A stretch of DNA of 45,484 nt from a bacterium (GTDB lineage Bacteria > UBA9089 > CG2-30-40-21 > SBAY01), in NCBI GenBank assembly GCA_040754115.1, contig JBFMDD010000018.1, positions 1 through 45,484 on the forward strand, in the 5' to 3' direction. Under the pieces are notes generated by a model. It saw only the letters and a list, made by a program, of their open reading frames with translations, was not told the DNA's origin and did no database searches. Of the stretch, positions 1-7,789 are shown in pieces (position 1 is the stretch's first letter; each line of letters begins with the position of its first letter). Position numbers and translations under genes: made by a program.

Positions 1-404
1 TTTACATTTTATTGTCACTCACTTTTTGGAATTTTTTAAGCCCCTCTCCTCTAAATCCCTTGTAAATACAAGGAATTCTACTTCCGCTACCACCAACTTT
101 ACCAATTTGCTGTTGAACTTGAGTTACTGGTATACCTACTGGCAATATTTCTTCAGGGCATGTATTAGGTGCTACTCCGGAGCCTTACTCAGTGATATTA
201 TTTGGCTCAGGACTACTTGTAGGGATAAGACTATTGAGGAGAAAATCCTAAATAAGTTGAGATAGCCTTGAGAGGTTGGTAGTCAGAATTTATTTATTTA
301 TTTATGTTAAGGCATCGATGAGCATTAATGGATTAATCCTACAAAGCCAGTTTTCATTTAACTGATAGGCATTTTTAAAAGTTTTCTCAGGAATGTAGTC
401 TGGT

Positions 405-445
405 GTCTGGTAATCTAAGTGTCTGGATTACATAGATTACCAGAC
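405..445. repeat. Perfect 13-bp inverted repeat (GTCTGGTAATCTA / TAGATTACCAGAC) with a 15-nt loop; hairpin in the long non-coding region upstream of hisA
   Basis: Read directly: arms at 405-417 and 433-445 are exact reverse complements. The loop repeats part of the arm (GTCTGGATTAC). Confidence 0.6.
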
Positions 446-476
446 AGATAGACATCTTTTACGCAAAATTGATATT

Positions 477-540
477 GGAGTGACAGCACTTGCGCTGTCA
501 ATAACACCACAAGTGGTGTCACTCCAAGTGGTATCACTCC
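477..540. repeat. GGAGTG...CACTCC closed double-hairpin module, with a partial extra copy of the 3' arm
   Basis: GGAGTGACA (477-485) pairs with TGTCACTCC (517-525). Inside are two local hairpins, TGACAGC-acttgc-GCTGTCA and ACACCAC-aa-GTGGTGT. GTGGTATCACTCC (528-540) repeats the 3' arm. The same architecture occurs at 23176-23257. Confidence 0.5.
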
Positions 541-642
541 TCATTTCCCTGATATTAACTGATTGCTGATACCTGATGGCTGAACGCCTACATGTTTTTT
601 ACCACCAATTTCCACCTATTTCTAATTTCTACTATTTTTTTA

Positions 643-671
643 TTGATTATTATTCTTAAGTATGGTATAAT
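643..671 (+). promoter_or_regulatory. Sigma-70-type promoter for hisA (TTGATT - 17 nt - TGgTATAAT, extended -10)
   Basis: -35 TTGATT at 643-648, 17-nt spacer, -10 TATAAT at 666-671 preceded by TGG. It lies about 85 nt upstream of the hisA ATG. Consensus match only. Confidence 0.45.
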
Positions 672-754
672 TTAGTAACTGATAAATATTAAATATGGTA
701 ACTATTTAACCAGTAACCAGTTACCATTTAACCAATACATGGAGGTGAGGAGTT

Positions 755-1555
755 ATGTTAGTTATTCCAGCTATTGATTTAAAGGGAGGTAAGGTTGTAA
801 GGTTAGTTCAGGGTAAACCAGAGGAAGAGACTACTTATTCTACAAATCCAGTTGAAGTAGCTAATATGTGGGAAGAAAAAGGTGCAAAGCTGTTACATGT
901 AATAGATTTAGATGGAGCTATTTCAGGACGATTAGAAAATTTAGGTAAGGTAAAAGAGATTATCTCACAGGTTAAAATCCCGGTGCAGTTAGGTGGTGGA
1001 ATTCGTGATTTAAAAATGGTTAAAGATGCATTTAATATAGGTGTAAGTCGAATTATTATTGGCACAAAAGCTGCTATTGACCCAAATTTTACTCGCTCTA
1101 TTGTAGCACAATTCAAAGAGAAGGTAGTTGTTAGTATTGATGCTAAAGGTGGAAATGTAGCTGTGTGGGGTTGGCAGCAGATGACCGAGTATTCTGCGGT
1201 TACATTGGCACAAGAGATGAAACAAGTAGGTGTGCGGGAAATAATTTATACCGATATTAGCCGTGATGGGATGCTTGAAGGACCTAATTTTGATGCAATC
1301 CGTGACTTTACTCAAGCTCTTAAAATGAGAATTATTATCTCTGGTGGTATTTCCTCATTAGAGGATATTAAAAAATTGGTTCCATATAGTCGATATGGAG
1401 TAGTAGGTGTTATTATTGGTAAGGCACTTTATACGCAGGATGTGAAATTAGAAGATGCCATTGTTGTAGCCAAAGAAAATGTTCCAGTTCAACCTACTGT
1501 AGGTCCTCAGATAAAAAAGTTTCCTGCAAGAGAGGAATGGGATTTTAGATTTTAG
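755..1555 (+). CDS. hisA: ProFAR isomerase HisA, a (beta/alpha)8 barrel enzyme of histidine biosynthesis
   Basis: 266-aa ORF. The N-terminus MLVIPAIDLKGGKVVRLVQGK plus DLDGA, GGGIR and ISGGISS motifs are typical of HisA. RBS GGAGGTGAGG lies just upstream of the ATG. The last ~25 aa extend beyond usual HisA length. Confidence 0.92.
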   Translation: MLVIPAIDLKGGKVVRLVQGKPEEETTYSTNPVEVANMWEEKGAKLLHVIDLDGAISGRLENLGKVKEIISQVKIPVQLGGGIRDLKMVKDAFNIGVSRIIIGTKAAIDPNFTRSIVAQFKEKVVVSIDAKGGNVAVWGWQQMTEYSAVTLAQEMKQVGVREIIYTDISRDGMLEGPNFDAIRDFTQALKMRIIISGGISSLEDIKKLVPYSRYGVVGVIIGKALYTQDVKLEDAIVVAKENVPVQPTVGPQIKKFPAREEWDFRF

Positions 1556-1592
1556 ATTTATAAAAGTAACACAAACATCCTGCTTGTGTTAT

Positions 1593-1610
1593 AATCGACA
1601 ATCAAAAATC
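1593..1610 (+). repeat. Left copy of an 18-bp direct repeat (AATCGACAATCAAAAATC) flanking the PIN/antitoxin cassette
   Basis: 17/18 identical to 2356-2373 (AATCGACAATTAAAAATC), 763 bp downstream. Confidence 0.7.
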
Positions 1611-1654
1611 CGCAATTAATTAACACCCGGTTTAAACTTTATAGGTTATAATAA

Positions 1655-2134
1655 ATGAGAATATATTTTGACAATAGTTGTTTCAATCGTCCATTTGACG
1701 ACCAACAGCAACTTCGAATCAAACTTGAAACTGAAGCAAAATTGGATATTCAAAGACGGATTTTTCGAAAAGAAATTGACCTCGCATGGTCTTACATGTT
1801 GGATTTTGAAAATGAAGCAAATCCATTTAAACCAAAGAAGGTTTGCTATTAGAATGTGGAAGAACTATGCTTGAACCAAAGAAGGTTTGCTATTAGAATG
1901 TGGAAGAACTATGCTTGCGTTGATACAGATGAGACGAAGGAAATTATTGAAATAGCTGAACGGTTTCATCAAACAGGAATCAAAACTAAAGATTCTATTC
2001 ATTTGGCGTGTGCTATTTCTATGCAGTGTGAATATTTTTTAACAACTGATGACGAATTGTACAAAAAAGCATCGAGCATTAAGGAAATCAAGGTAACTGA
2101 ACCAATCTCTTTTATAAAGGAGGTATCTGGATGA
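1655..2134 (+). pseudogene. PIN-domain (VapC-like) toxin gene interrupted by an in-frame TAG created within a 44-bp tandem duplication
   Basis: N-half MRIYFDNSCFNRPFDDQQQLRIKLETEAKL...ENEANPF (1655-1852). C-half ...RRFAIRMWKNYACVDTDE...DSIHLACAISMQCEYFLTTDDELYKKA (1856-2134). Both are in the same frame, separated by TAG at 1850-1852. The acidic D/E residues and the TTDD motif fit a PIN fold. Confidence 0.7.
1830..1917 (+). repeat. Perfect 44-bp tandem duplication (2 copies) inside the PIN gene
   Basis: AACCAAAGAAGGTTTGCTATTAGAATGTGGAAGAACTATGCTTG occurs at 1830-1873 and again at 1874-1917 with no mismatch. Confidence 0.95.
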
Positions 2135-2185
2135 TTACTGATACAGAAATAAAGGAGGTATCTGGATGATTACTGATACAGAAAT
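2116..2185 (+). repeat. Perfect 35-bp tandem duplication (2 copies) spanning the PIN stop, the RBS and the start of the downstream gene
   Basis: AAAGGAGGTATCTGGATGATTACTGATACAGAAAT occurs at 2116-2150 and 2151-2185. It duplicates the AGGAGG RBS and the ATGA stop/start overlap. Confidence 0.95.
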
Positions 2186-2381
2186 AAAAATTAAAGGCAT
2201 TGAATCTCTTATAAGAACATTAGGTGAAGTTGAAGCTGAAAGATTCATTTCATTAGTGATGAGAGAACCATTTGATTATACTAAATGGCAAAAAACTCTT
2301 TGGATTGATAAGTCAATAGCAGAATTAAGTGCGCAAGCCATGCAATTTAGAAAAAAATCGACAATTAAAAATCAAAAATAA
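2166..2381 (+). CDS. Small PIN-associated protein, putative cognate antitoxin
   Basis: 71-aa ORF (MITDTEIKIKGIESLIRTLGEVEAERFISLVMREPFDYTKWQ...). Its start is coupled to the PIN stop by ATGA, and its AGGAGG RBS lies in the duplicated segment. The first duplicated ATG (2131) gives only a 12-aa peptide. Confidence 0.55.
   Translation: MITDTEIKIKGIESLIRTLGEVEAERFISLVMREPFDYTKWQKTLWIDKSIAELSAQAMQFRKKSTIKNQK
2356..2373 (+). repeat. Right copy of the 18-bp direct repeat flanking the PIN/antitoxin cassette
   Basis: AATCGACAATTAAAAATC, 17/18 identical to 1593-1610. It lies inside the last codons of the 71-aa ORF. Confidence 0.7.
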
Positions 2382-2523
2382 CTTAAGAGGATACCGCTGG
2401 GGGGAAGAAGAGAGCATAAAATTGTCTAAGTTATTGACATTAAAGAAATTCTCTCTTGGTACCCGCTTACAGGTTATTGGTGGTTAATTTTGACATTATC
2501 ACAAAAATAATCAGGAGGAAAAA

Positions 2524-3501
2524 ATGATAAAAGTAGCTGTGTTAGGTGCAGGTGGATTAGGAAAAGCAGCCGCTAAAATTATCGGTATAAAACAAGAGAT
2601 GAAATTAGTTGCTATTTGCGACCAATCAGGGTATGCTTTTAGCCAGGCAGGTATTAATTCTCTTGAAATCGAAAAAATTAAAATAGGCTCAACAGTAGGT
2701 AAAATGTCCAATGGAAAACTTTCTGATGACTCAATTGGAGAGATTGTAAAATTAGGTAATGAGATTGATGGGATATTTGTTGCATTACCTAATCTACCAA
2801 ATGAATTTATCCCAAATGTGATTAAACGATTTATTGATGCAGGATATAAAGGCGTATTTACAGATGCTTTAAAAAGGACTCAAGCAATGGAGTTGATATT
2901 TAAATTAGACGAAGACTTAAAAGCAACTCAAAGTACATATATTACTGGTGCTGGGGCTACACCAGGACTGTTGACTGCGGCTGCGGTAATAGCTGCTCAA
3001 TCATTTATTGAGGTTACGAAGGTGGATATTTGGTGGGGTGTAGGAATATCTAATTGGGAGGACTACAAGGCAACTATTCGTGAAGATATTGCTCATCTAC
3101 CTGGATTTACTTTAGAAAAGGCAAGGGCATTGTCAGACGATGAAGTGTCAAAATTATTAGATGACCGAAATGGAATATTAGAACTACATGAAATGGAACA
3201 TGCAGACGATTTGCTCCTACAAAAAGTAGGGGTAGTGGATTCACGAGATAAGGTAGAAGTAGGGGGAGTGATGGATACCCACAGTGCTAAAAAACCCGTT
3301 ACTACCACCATGACCTTGACGGGTAAAACATTTGATGGCAAGACCGCAAGCCATAAATTTATACTTGGTGATGAAACTACCATGGCAGCTAATGTAATTG
3401 GACCTGCATTAGGTTATCTTAAGCGGGCAAAGTGGCTCAATGAACATGGAATCTACGGTATCTACGGCTCTACTGAATTTATGCCTGCAGTGGTCAGGTA
3501 A
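2524..3501 (+). CDS. NAD(P)-binding Rossmann-fold oxidoreductase (saccharopine / diaminopimelate dehydrogenase-like); specific function unknown
   Basis: 325-aa ORF with N-terminal dinucleotide-binding motif KVAVLGAGGLGKAAA and an internal TGAGATPGL motif. AGGAGG RBS lies 6 nt upstream. The family assignment is tentative. Confidence 0.55.
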   Translation: MIKVAVLGAGGLGKAAAKIIGIKQEMKLVAICDQSGYAFSQAGINSLEIEKIKIGSTVGKMSNGKLSDDSIGEIVKLGNEIDGIFVALPNLPNEFIPNVIKRFIDAGYKGVFTDALKRTQAMELIFKLDEDLKATQSTYITGAGATPGLLTAAAVIAAQSFIEVTKVDIWWGVGISNWEDYKATIREDIAHLPGFTLEKARALSDDEVSKLLDDRNGILELHEMEHADDLLLQKVGVVDSRDKVEVGGVMDTHSAKKPVTTTMTLTGKTFDGKTASHKFILGDETTMAANVIGPALGYLKRAKWLNEHGIYGIYGSTEFMPAVVR

Positions 3502-3532
3502 CTGGTTAAATGGTTATTAATTACCAGTTACC
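3497..3532 (+). terminator. Hairpin (GGTAACTGGT ... ACCAGTTACC) overlapping the stop codon of the oxidoreductase gene; weak terminator or attenuator candidate
   Basis: 10-bp perfect stem at 3497-3506 / 3523-3532, with no clear T-tract after it. Related GGTAAC/CAGTTACC motifs recur at about 700-735 and about 40070-40100. Confidence 0.3.
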
Positions 3533-3559
3533 AATCACCAAATCAGGAGGAGATTAATA

Positions 3560-4618
3560 ATGAAGAATCCTATAAAAGTTTTAGTAGTAGATGATTCAGC
3601 CATTATTCGAGATGCGATAGCTAATGCATTAGAAAGTGAAGAAGATATAAAATTAATAGGAACAGCAAGTAATGGTAAGGAGGCAATAGATTTAGTACAA
3701 GAATTAAAACCAGATATAGTCACTATGGATATTGTAATGCCGATTATGGATGGATTACAGGCAACTGAATATATCATGGCTTATCACCCAACACCTATTT
3801 TAATTGTTACTTCCCTACTGCCTAAAGACATGGAAATTGCATTTAAGGCATTACATGTTGGAGCATTAGATATAATAGAAAGACCATCTATTTCTGAATT
3901 ATCAAAGCCAACATCAAAAGTAAGAAAGGAACTAATAGATAAGGTAAAAATACTGGCAAATGTAAAAGTAATTACACATTTGGGAGGGAGATTTCAAAAG
4001 AAAGAAAGGAAACCATTAGAACCTACATCTCAAAAACAAGAGACAAAATTTAAGATAATTGGGATAGCCTCCTCTACTGGAGGACCTAAAACAGTAAAAA
4101 AAATCTTATCTAAATTGCCGGTTGATTTTCCCATACCAATAGTTATTGTCCAGCATATATCAGATGGATTTACTAAAGGATTAGTTGATTGGTGGAATAA
4201 TGAATGTGCAATAGAAATTCATGAGGCAAAAGATGGAGAGAGACTGTGTCAAGGTGTAGCTTATGTAGCACCATCTTTTGTACATATGAGAGTAACTAAA
4301 AATGGAAGGATAAAATTAGAAGATACGCCACCAGTAGGTGGACATAGACCGTCAGCAAATGTTTTACTTTCGTCAGTAGCAGAAGCTTATCCTCAAACCG
4401 CTATAGGTATAATTCTCACTGGAATGGGAGACGATGGTGCAATTGGAATAAAAGCAATTAAAGATGCAGGAGGATTTACTATAGCAGAGGATGAAGAAAG
4501 CTGTGCTATATTTGGTATGCCAAGGGTAGCAATTGAAATGGGTGTGGTAGATAAAGTTATGCCTTTAGATGATATACCAGATGAAATAATAAGGAGAGTA
4601 AAAAATACAAATGCCTGA
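3560..4618 (+). CDS. cheB: Chemotaxis response regulator protein-glutamate methylesterase CheB
   Basis: N-terminal receiver (KVLVVDDSAIIRD...DIVMPIMDG) plus the methylesterase core with GIASSTGGP, VQHISDGF and GMGDDGA motifs. AGGAGG RBS. Confidence 0.9.
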   Translation: MKNPIKVLVVDDSAIIRDAIANALESEEDIKLIGTASNGKEAIDLVQELKPDIVTMDIVMPIMDGLQATEYIMAYHPTPILIVTSLLPKDMEIAFKALHVGALDIIERPSISELSKPTSKVRKELIDKVKILANVKVITHLGGRFQKKERKPLEPTSQKQETKFKIIGIASSTGGPKTVKKILSKLPVDFPIPIVIVQHISDGFTKGLVDWWNNECAIEIHEAKDGERLCQGVAYVAPSFVHMRVTKNGRIKLEDTPPVGGHRPSANVLLSSVAEAYPQTAIGIILTGMGDDGAIGIKAIKDAGGFTIAEDEESCAIFGMPRVAIEMGVVDKVMPLDDIPDEIIRRVKNTNA

Positions 4619-6068
4619 TAAAATTTTGATTGCAGATGATAGCCCAACAATTGTAGAAATGCTAAGATTTTTCTTAGATAAGGAAGGATATAAAACCGTA
4701 GTAGCTAAAGACGGGATTGAAGCTATTGAGCAAGCATATATGGAATTGCCAGACCTTATGTTACTTGATGTGCTAATGCCAAAGATGAATGGATACCAAG
4801 TCTGTAGACTACTAAAAGGAGACGAAAATATTTCTTATATACCTGTGATTATGCTTACTTCTCAAGATCAACCAAAAGATAAATTCTGGGGACTACAAAC
4901 AGGAGCAGATGAATATATCATAAAGGATTTTGAATCTGAGGAGTTGTTTAATTCTATTATTAGAGTACTTGAGAAGACTAAAGAACAAAGGGAGAAAAAA
5001 CCAAAAGAAGTGCCTCAAACCACTATTGATAATATTCTATACCGCCTCAATGGACTTCTGGATAAAAAACTCTTTCAAACTACTATATTAAACGAAATTA
5101 ATCGTATTGCACGCACTTGTGATAATTGTGAGGATGTAATAAAGGAAATTTTAGGATTGCTAAATCGAGTGATAAACTATCATTTAGGTGCAATACTTAT
5201 AGAGCAAGATGAGATAATGAATATGATTGTGTATGTAAATCAATTAGTAGATGAAAGTTTTATAGTTGAGAGTATTGCTACTGTAAAAGAAGCAGGAATT
5301 ACAATGGCTGGATTTACAATTAGAAAGGATAATCTAAAGGTAAGAACTATTAGTGCAAGTCCCAAAAAGGGAAAAGGAGATTATCCTGAGAAAGTAAAAT
5401 CTTTCCTGACTATTCCAATGCGGGCGCACAAATCAGTAATTGGAATTCTTTATATTGCCAGTGCCTTTGAAAATGCCTTTAGCCCTGAAACAATAGAGCT
5501 ACTGAATATTATCGCTAATGAAGCTACAATTGTGGTTAATAATGCTATGTTTTATGACCAATTTAAACTGTTAGCCATTACCGATGGACTGACCAAATGC
5601 TATAATCATCGCCATTTTCAAGAAGTCCTTGAAAATGAATTCCAGCGGGCAAAGAGATACAAATTAACCTTTTCTCTATTAATTGGAGATATAGATAATT
5701 TCAAAAAGATAAATGATACCTACGGACATCAGAGAGGAGATGTGATTTTAAAAGGGATAGCCTCTTTATTAAAAAGTGGTGTACGGGATATAGATGTTGT
5801 TGCAAGATATGGTGGAGAGGAATTTGCAATCATTATGCCTGAAACAGATGCTAAAGGAGCTTATGGAACGGCTGAAAGATTAAGAAGCTCTATTGAAGAA
5901 TATATCTTCTCAGGACTTCCACCAAAAACTTATGTTACCATGAGTATAGGGGTAGGGACATATCCAGAGTTAAAAGCAACAAGTAAATTTGATTTTGTTG
6001 AAAAGATAGACAAAGCACTTTATCGTGCCAAAGAGGAAGGGAAAAATAGAGTCTGTGTTGCTTCTTAG
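4611..6068 (+). CDS. Response regulator with REC, GAF-like and GGDEF domains (WspR-like diguanylate cyclase)
   Basis: REC motifs (ILIADDSPT, DVLMPKMNG), a central GAF-like region and a GGDEF domain with intact GGEEF. An RxxD I-site (RDID) lies five residues upstream of GGEEF. The start overlaps the cheB stop by 8 nt. Confidence 0.88.
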   Translation: MPDKILIADDSPTIVEMLRFFLDKEGYKTVVAKDGIEAIEQAYMELPDLMLLDVLMPKMNGYQVCRLLKGDENISYIPVIMLTSQDQPKDKFWGLQTGADEYIIKDFESEELFNSIIRVLEKTKEQREKKPKEVPQTTIDNILYRLNGLLDKKLFQTTILNEINRIARTCDNCEDVIKEILGLLNRVINYHLGAILIEQDEIMNMIVYVNQLVDESFIVESIATVKEAGITMAGFTIRKDNLKVRTISASPKKGKGDYPEKVKSFLTIPMRAHKSVIGILYIASAFENAFSPETIELLNIIANEATIVVNNAMFYDQFKLLAITDGLTKCYNHRHFQEVLENEFQRAKRYKLTFSLLIGDIDNFKKINDTYGHQRGDVILKGIASLLKSGVRDIDVVARYGGEEFAIIMPETDAKGAYGTAERLRSSIEEYIFSGLPPKTYVTMSIGVGTYPELKATSKFDFVEKIDKALYRAKEEGKNRVCVAS

Positions 6069-6105
6069 AGAAGTAGCCAGTGGAGAGAAAGGAGGATAAG
6101 TTTAA

Positions 6106-7647
6106 GTGAAATACCACCAAATAGAACCTGATATTAGTGATGAAGAATTCTTATTATTCCAAAACTTTATATTACAAAATAGTGGTATATTTATAGATGA
6201 GGCTAAACGAGACCAATTAAGAAGAGCCCTGTTATCTCGAACTACATTTATGAATCTCACTGGATATGCTGATTACTATAAATTTTTGAAATATAACCCA
6301 AGAGGAGAAGAGGAATTTAAAGAATTACTTAACTTAATTACCATAGGTGAAACATACTTTTTCCGTGATGCAAAACATTTTAACACACTGCGTAAGCATG
6401 TATTGTTAGAAATTATCAAAAGAAAACAGTCTGCGGGTAATAGGGGTATTAAAATCTGGTCTGCAGGCTGTTCTACTGGTGAAGAGCCTTATTCGATTGC
6501 TATTACTTTGTTAGAAAGCCTACAACCTATACAGATGTGGGATGTGGAAATATTAGCTTCAGATGTTAGTACCAGGGCATTAAAGACAGCTCAGGAAGCG
6601 GAATATTCCAAATGGTCTCTCAGGTCTACTAATAGAAGTTACATTGAGAAATACTTTATTCAGGAAGGTAAAAAATTTACTCTAAAAGATGAAATCAAAA
6701 AGATGGTAAATTTTGAGTTTTTTAATCTTATCAAAGAACCATTTCCTCTGTCTAAAATGGGTGATTATTGGGACATCATCTTTTGCAAAAATGTAACTAT
6801 CTACTTTAAACCTGAATCTACAAAACGGGTAATAAGTAATTTTTATAACAGTCTACAAAAAGAAGGTTACCTATTTATTGGTGCTTCAGAATCTCTATAT
6901 CATATATCAAGTGAATTCAAATTATTAGAAATAGAGGGGAACTTTATATATCAAAAACCAGTTGAGGAAATCGTTAAAAAACCAGTTGAAGACCAAAAAG
7001 TAGTTATAGAAAAGATTACTCCGCCAACAAAATTACCCAAAAAACCTAAAAAGGTTGATGAGTTAAAAAAAGAAGTAGAAGAAATTAAACAAAAAGCAAA
7101 AGTTCCATCTGATGATAAAAAAATAGATGAATTATATAAAACTGCTCAATATTATTTTGAGGAAGATATGTTTGAAAAGGCATTATTTGAATTGATGAAG
7201 ATAATTGAGCTCACGGATGAACATTCTGAAGCCTTTCTTATGTTAGCAGATATTTATGCCAATAAAGAGCAATTTGATGATGCAGAAAGGGAATGTCGTA
7301 AGGCATTGCAACTTAATTCATTACTCTCGCCTGCTCATTTCCTTTTAGGTATCATCCTTAACAAGAAGGGGAAAATAGAAGAAGCCATTAATGAATTTAA
7401 GAAAACTATCTATTTAGACCCTAATTTCCCTTTAGCCCACTTTAACCTCGCCAATATCTACTATGAAAACAGAGACTATCAAAAAGCTACAACACAATAT
7501 AAGGCGACGATAGATATATTGAATAAAAATACAGATATCCCTGCTAAAATTAGTGGTGGGTTCTCAAAAAATATCCTAATCCAAACATGCCAGCGAAAGA
7601 TAGAAAAGATAGAAGAGGAAACTTCAAAACGGTTCACTTTAATGTGA
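6106..7647 (+). CDS. cheR: Chemotaxis protein methyltransferase CheR with a C-terminal TPR domain
   Basis: ETYFFRD and IWSAGCSTGEEPYS SAM-MTase motifs, a Lys/Glu-rich linker, and TPR-like repeats (ADIYANKEQFDDAERECRKALQLN..., ANIYYENRDYQKA). GTG start with an AAGGAGG RBS. The last 6 codons and the TGA fall inside MITE-B-derived sequence. Confidence 0.88.
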   Translation: MKYHQIEPDISDEEFLLFQNFILQNSGIFIDEAKRDQLRRALLSRTTFMNLTGYADYYKFLKYNPRGEEEFKELLNLITIGETYFFRDAKHFNTLRKHVLLEIIKRKQSAGNRGIKIWSAGCSTGEEPYSIAITLLESLQPIQMWDVEILASDVSTRALKTAQEAEYSKWSLRSTNRSYIEKYFIQEGKKFTLKDEIKKMVNFEFFNLIKEPFPLSKMGDYWDIIFCKNVTIYFKPESTKRVISNFYNSLQKEGYLFIGASESLYHISSEFKLLEIEGNFIYQKPVEEIVKKPVEDQKVVIEKITPPTKLPKKPKKVDELKKEVEEIKQKAKVPSDDKKIDELYKTAQYYFEEDMFEKALFELMKIIELTDEHSEAFLMLADIYANKEQFDDAERECRKALQLNSLLSPAHFLLGIILNKKGKIEEAINEFKKTIYLDPNFPLAHFNLANIYYENRDYQKATTQYKATIDILNKNTDIPAKISGGFSKNILIQTCQRKIEKIEEETSKRFTLM

Positions 7648-7789
7648 AAGATTGCGATTAAAAAATGGATATGAAATTAGAAATTAGAAATTAGAAATTA
7701 GGGAAAGAAGTGAAGACCTAATTTCTAATTTCCAATTTCAGTGTGGATATCCAAAAGAAATCATAGGAAAAACGATAAGATGAACCGTC
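7628..7789 (-). mobile_element. Truncated MITE family B copy (reverse orientation) bridging cheR and the yfhO-like gene
   Basis: Aligns with the copy at 22440-22602: AAACGGTTCACTTTA..GTGAAAG.TTGCG.TTAAAAAATGGA, then the (GAAATTA)n hairpin, then GGAAAAACGATAAGATGAACCGTC. Both outer termini are missing. Confidence 0.7.

Noticed and set aside
26-265. 79-aa plus-strand ORF, and an ATG-less open frame on the minus strand (2-184), at the window start
   Set aside because: There is no RBS, no recognisable motif and odd composition. The minus-strand frame has no ATG. There is insufficient evidence for either, although a gene fragment cut by the window edge cannot be excluded.
835-1315. Antisense or overlapping ORFs inside well-supported genes. 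Examples: 835-1116 and 1010-1315 in hisA, 8760-9209 in the yfhO-like gene, 16304-17137 in galT, 28512-29197 in the dehydrogenase gene, and 35084-35275, 37585-38385 and 38918-39100 in the giant gene
   Set aside because: Each is fully contained in a longer ORF with clear family motifs on the other strand or frame. They are typical shadow ORFs of AT-rich DNA.
7741-7779. Longer N-terminal extensions given by the ORF track (7741 for the yfhO-like gene, 22512 for hisI, 39929 for the giant gene, 40098 for rpsU, 43219 for the antitoxin, 43955 for MNT)
   Set aside because: The extensions run through MITE sequence or overlap the upstream gene. They lack RBSs, and internal ATGs with good RBS or signal-peptide context give products matching family N-termini.
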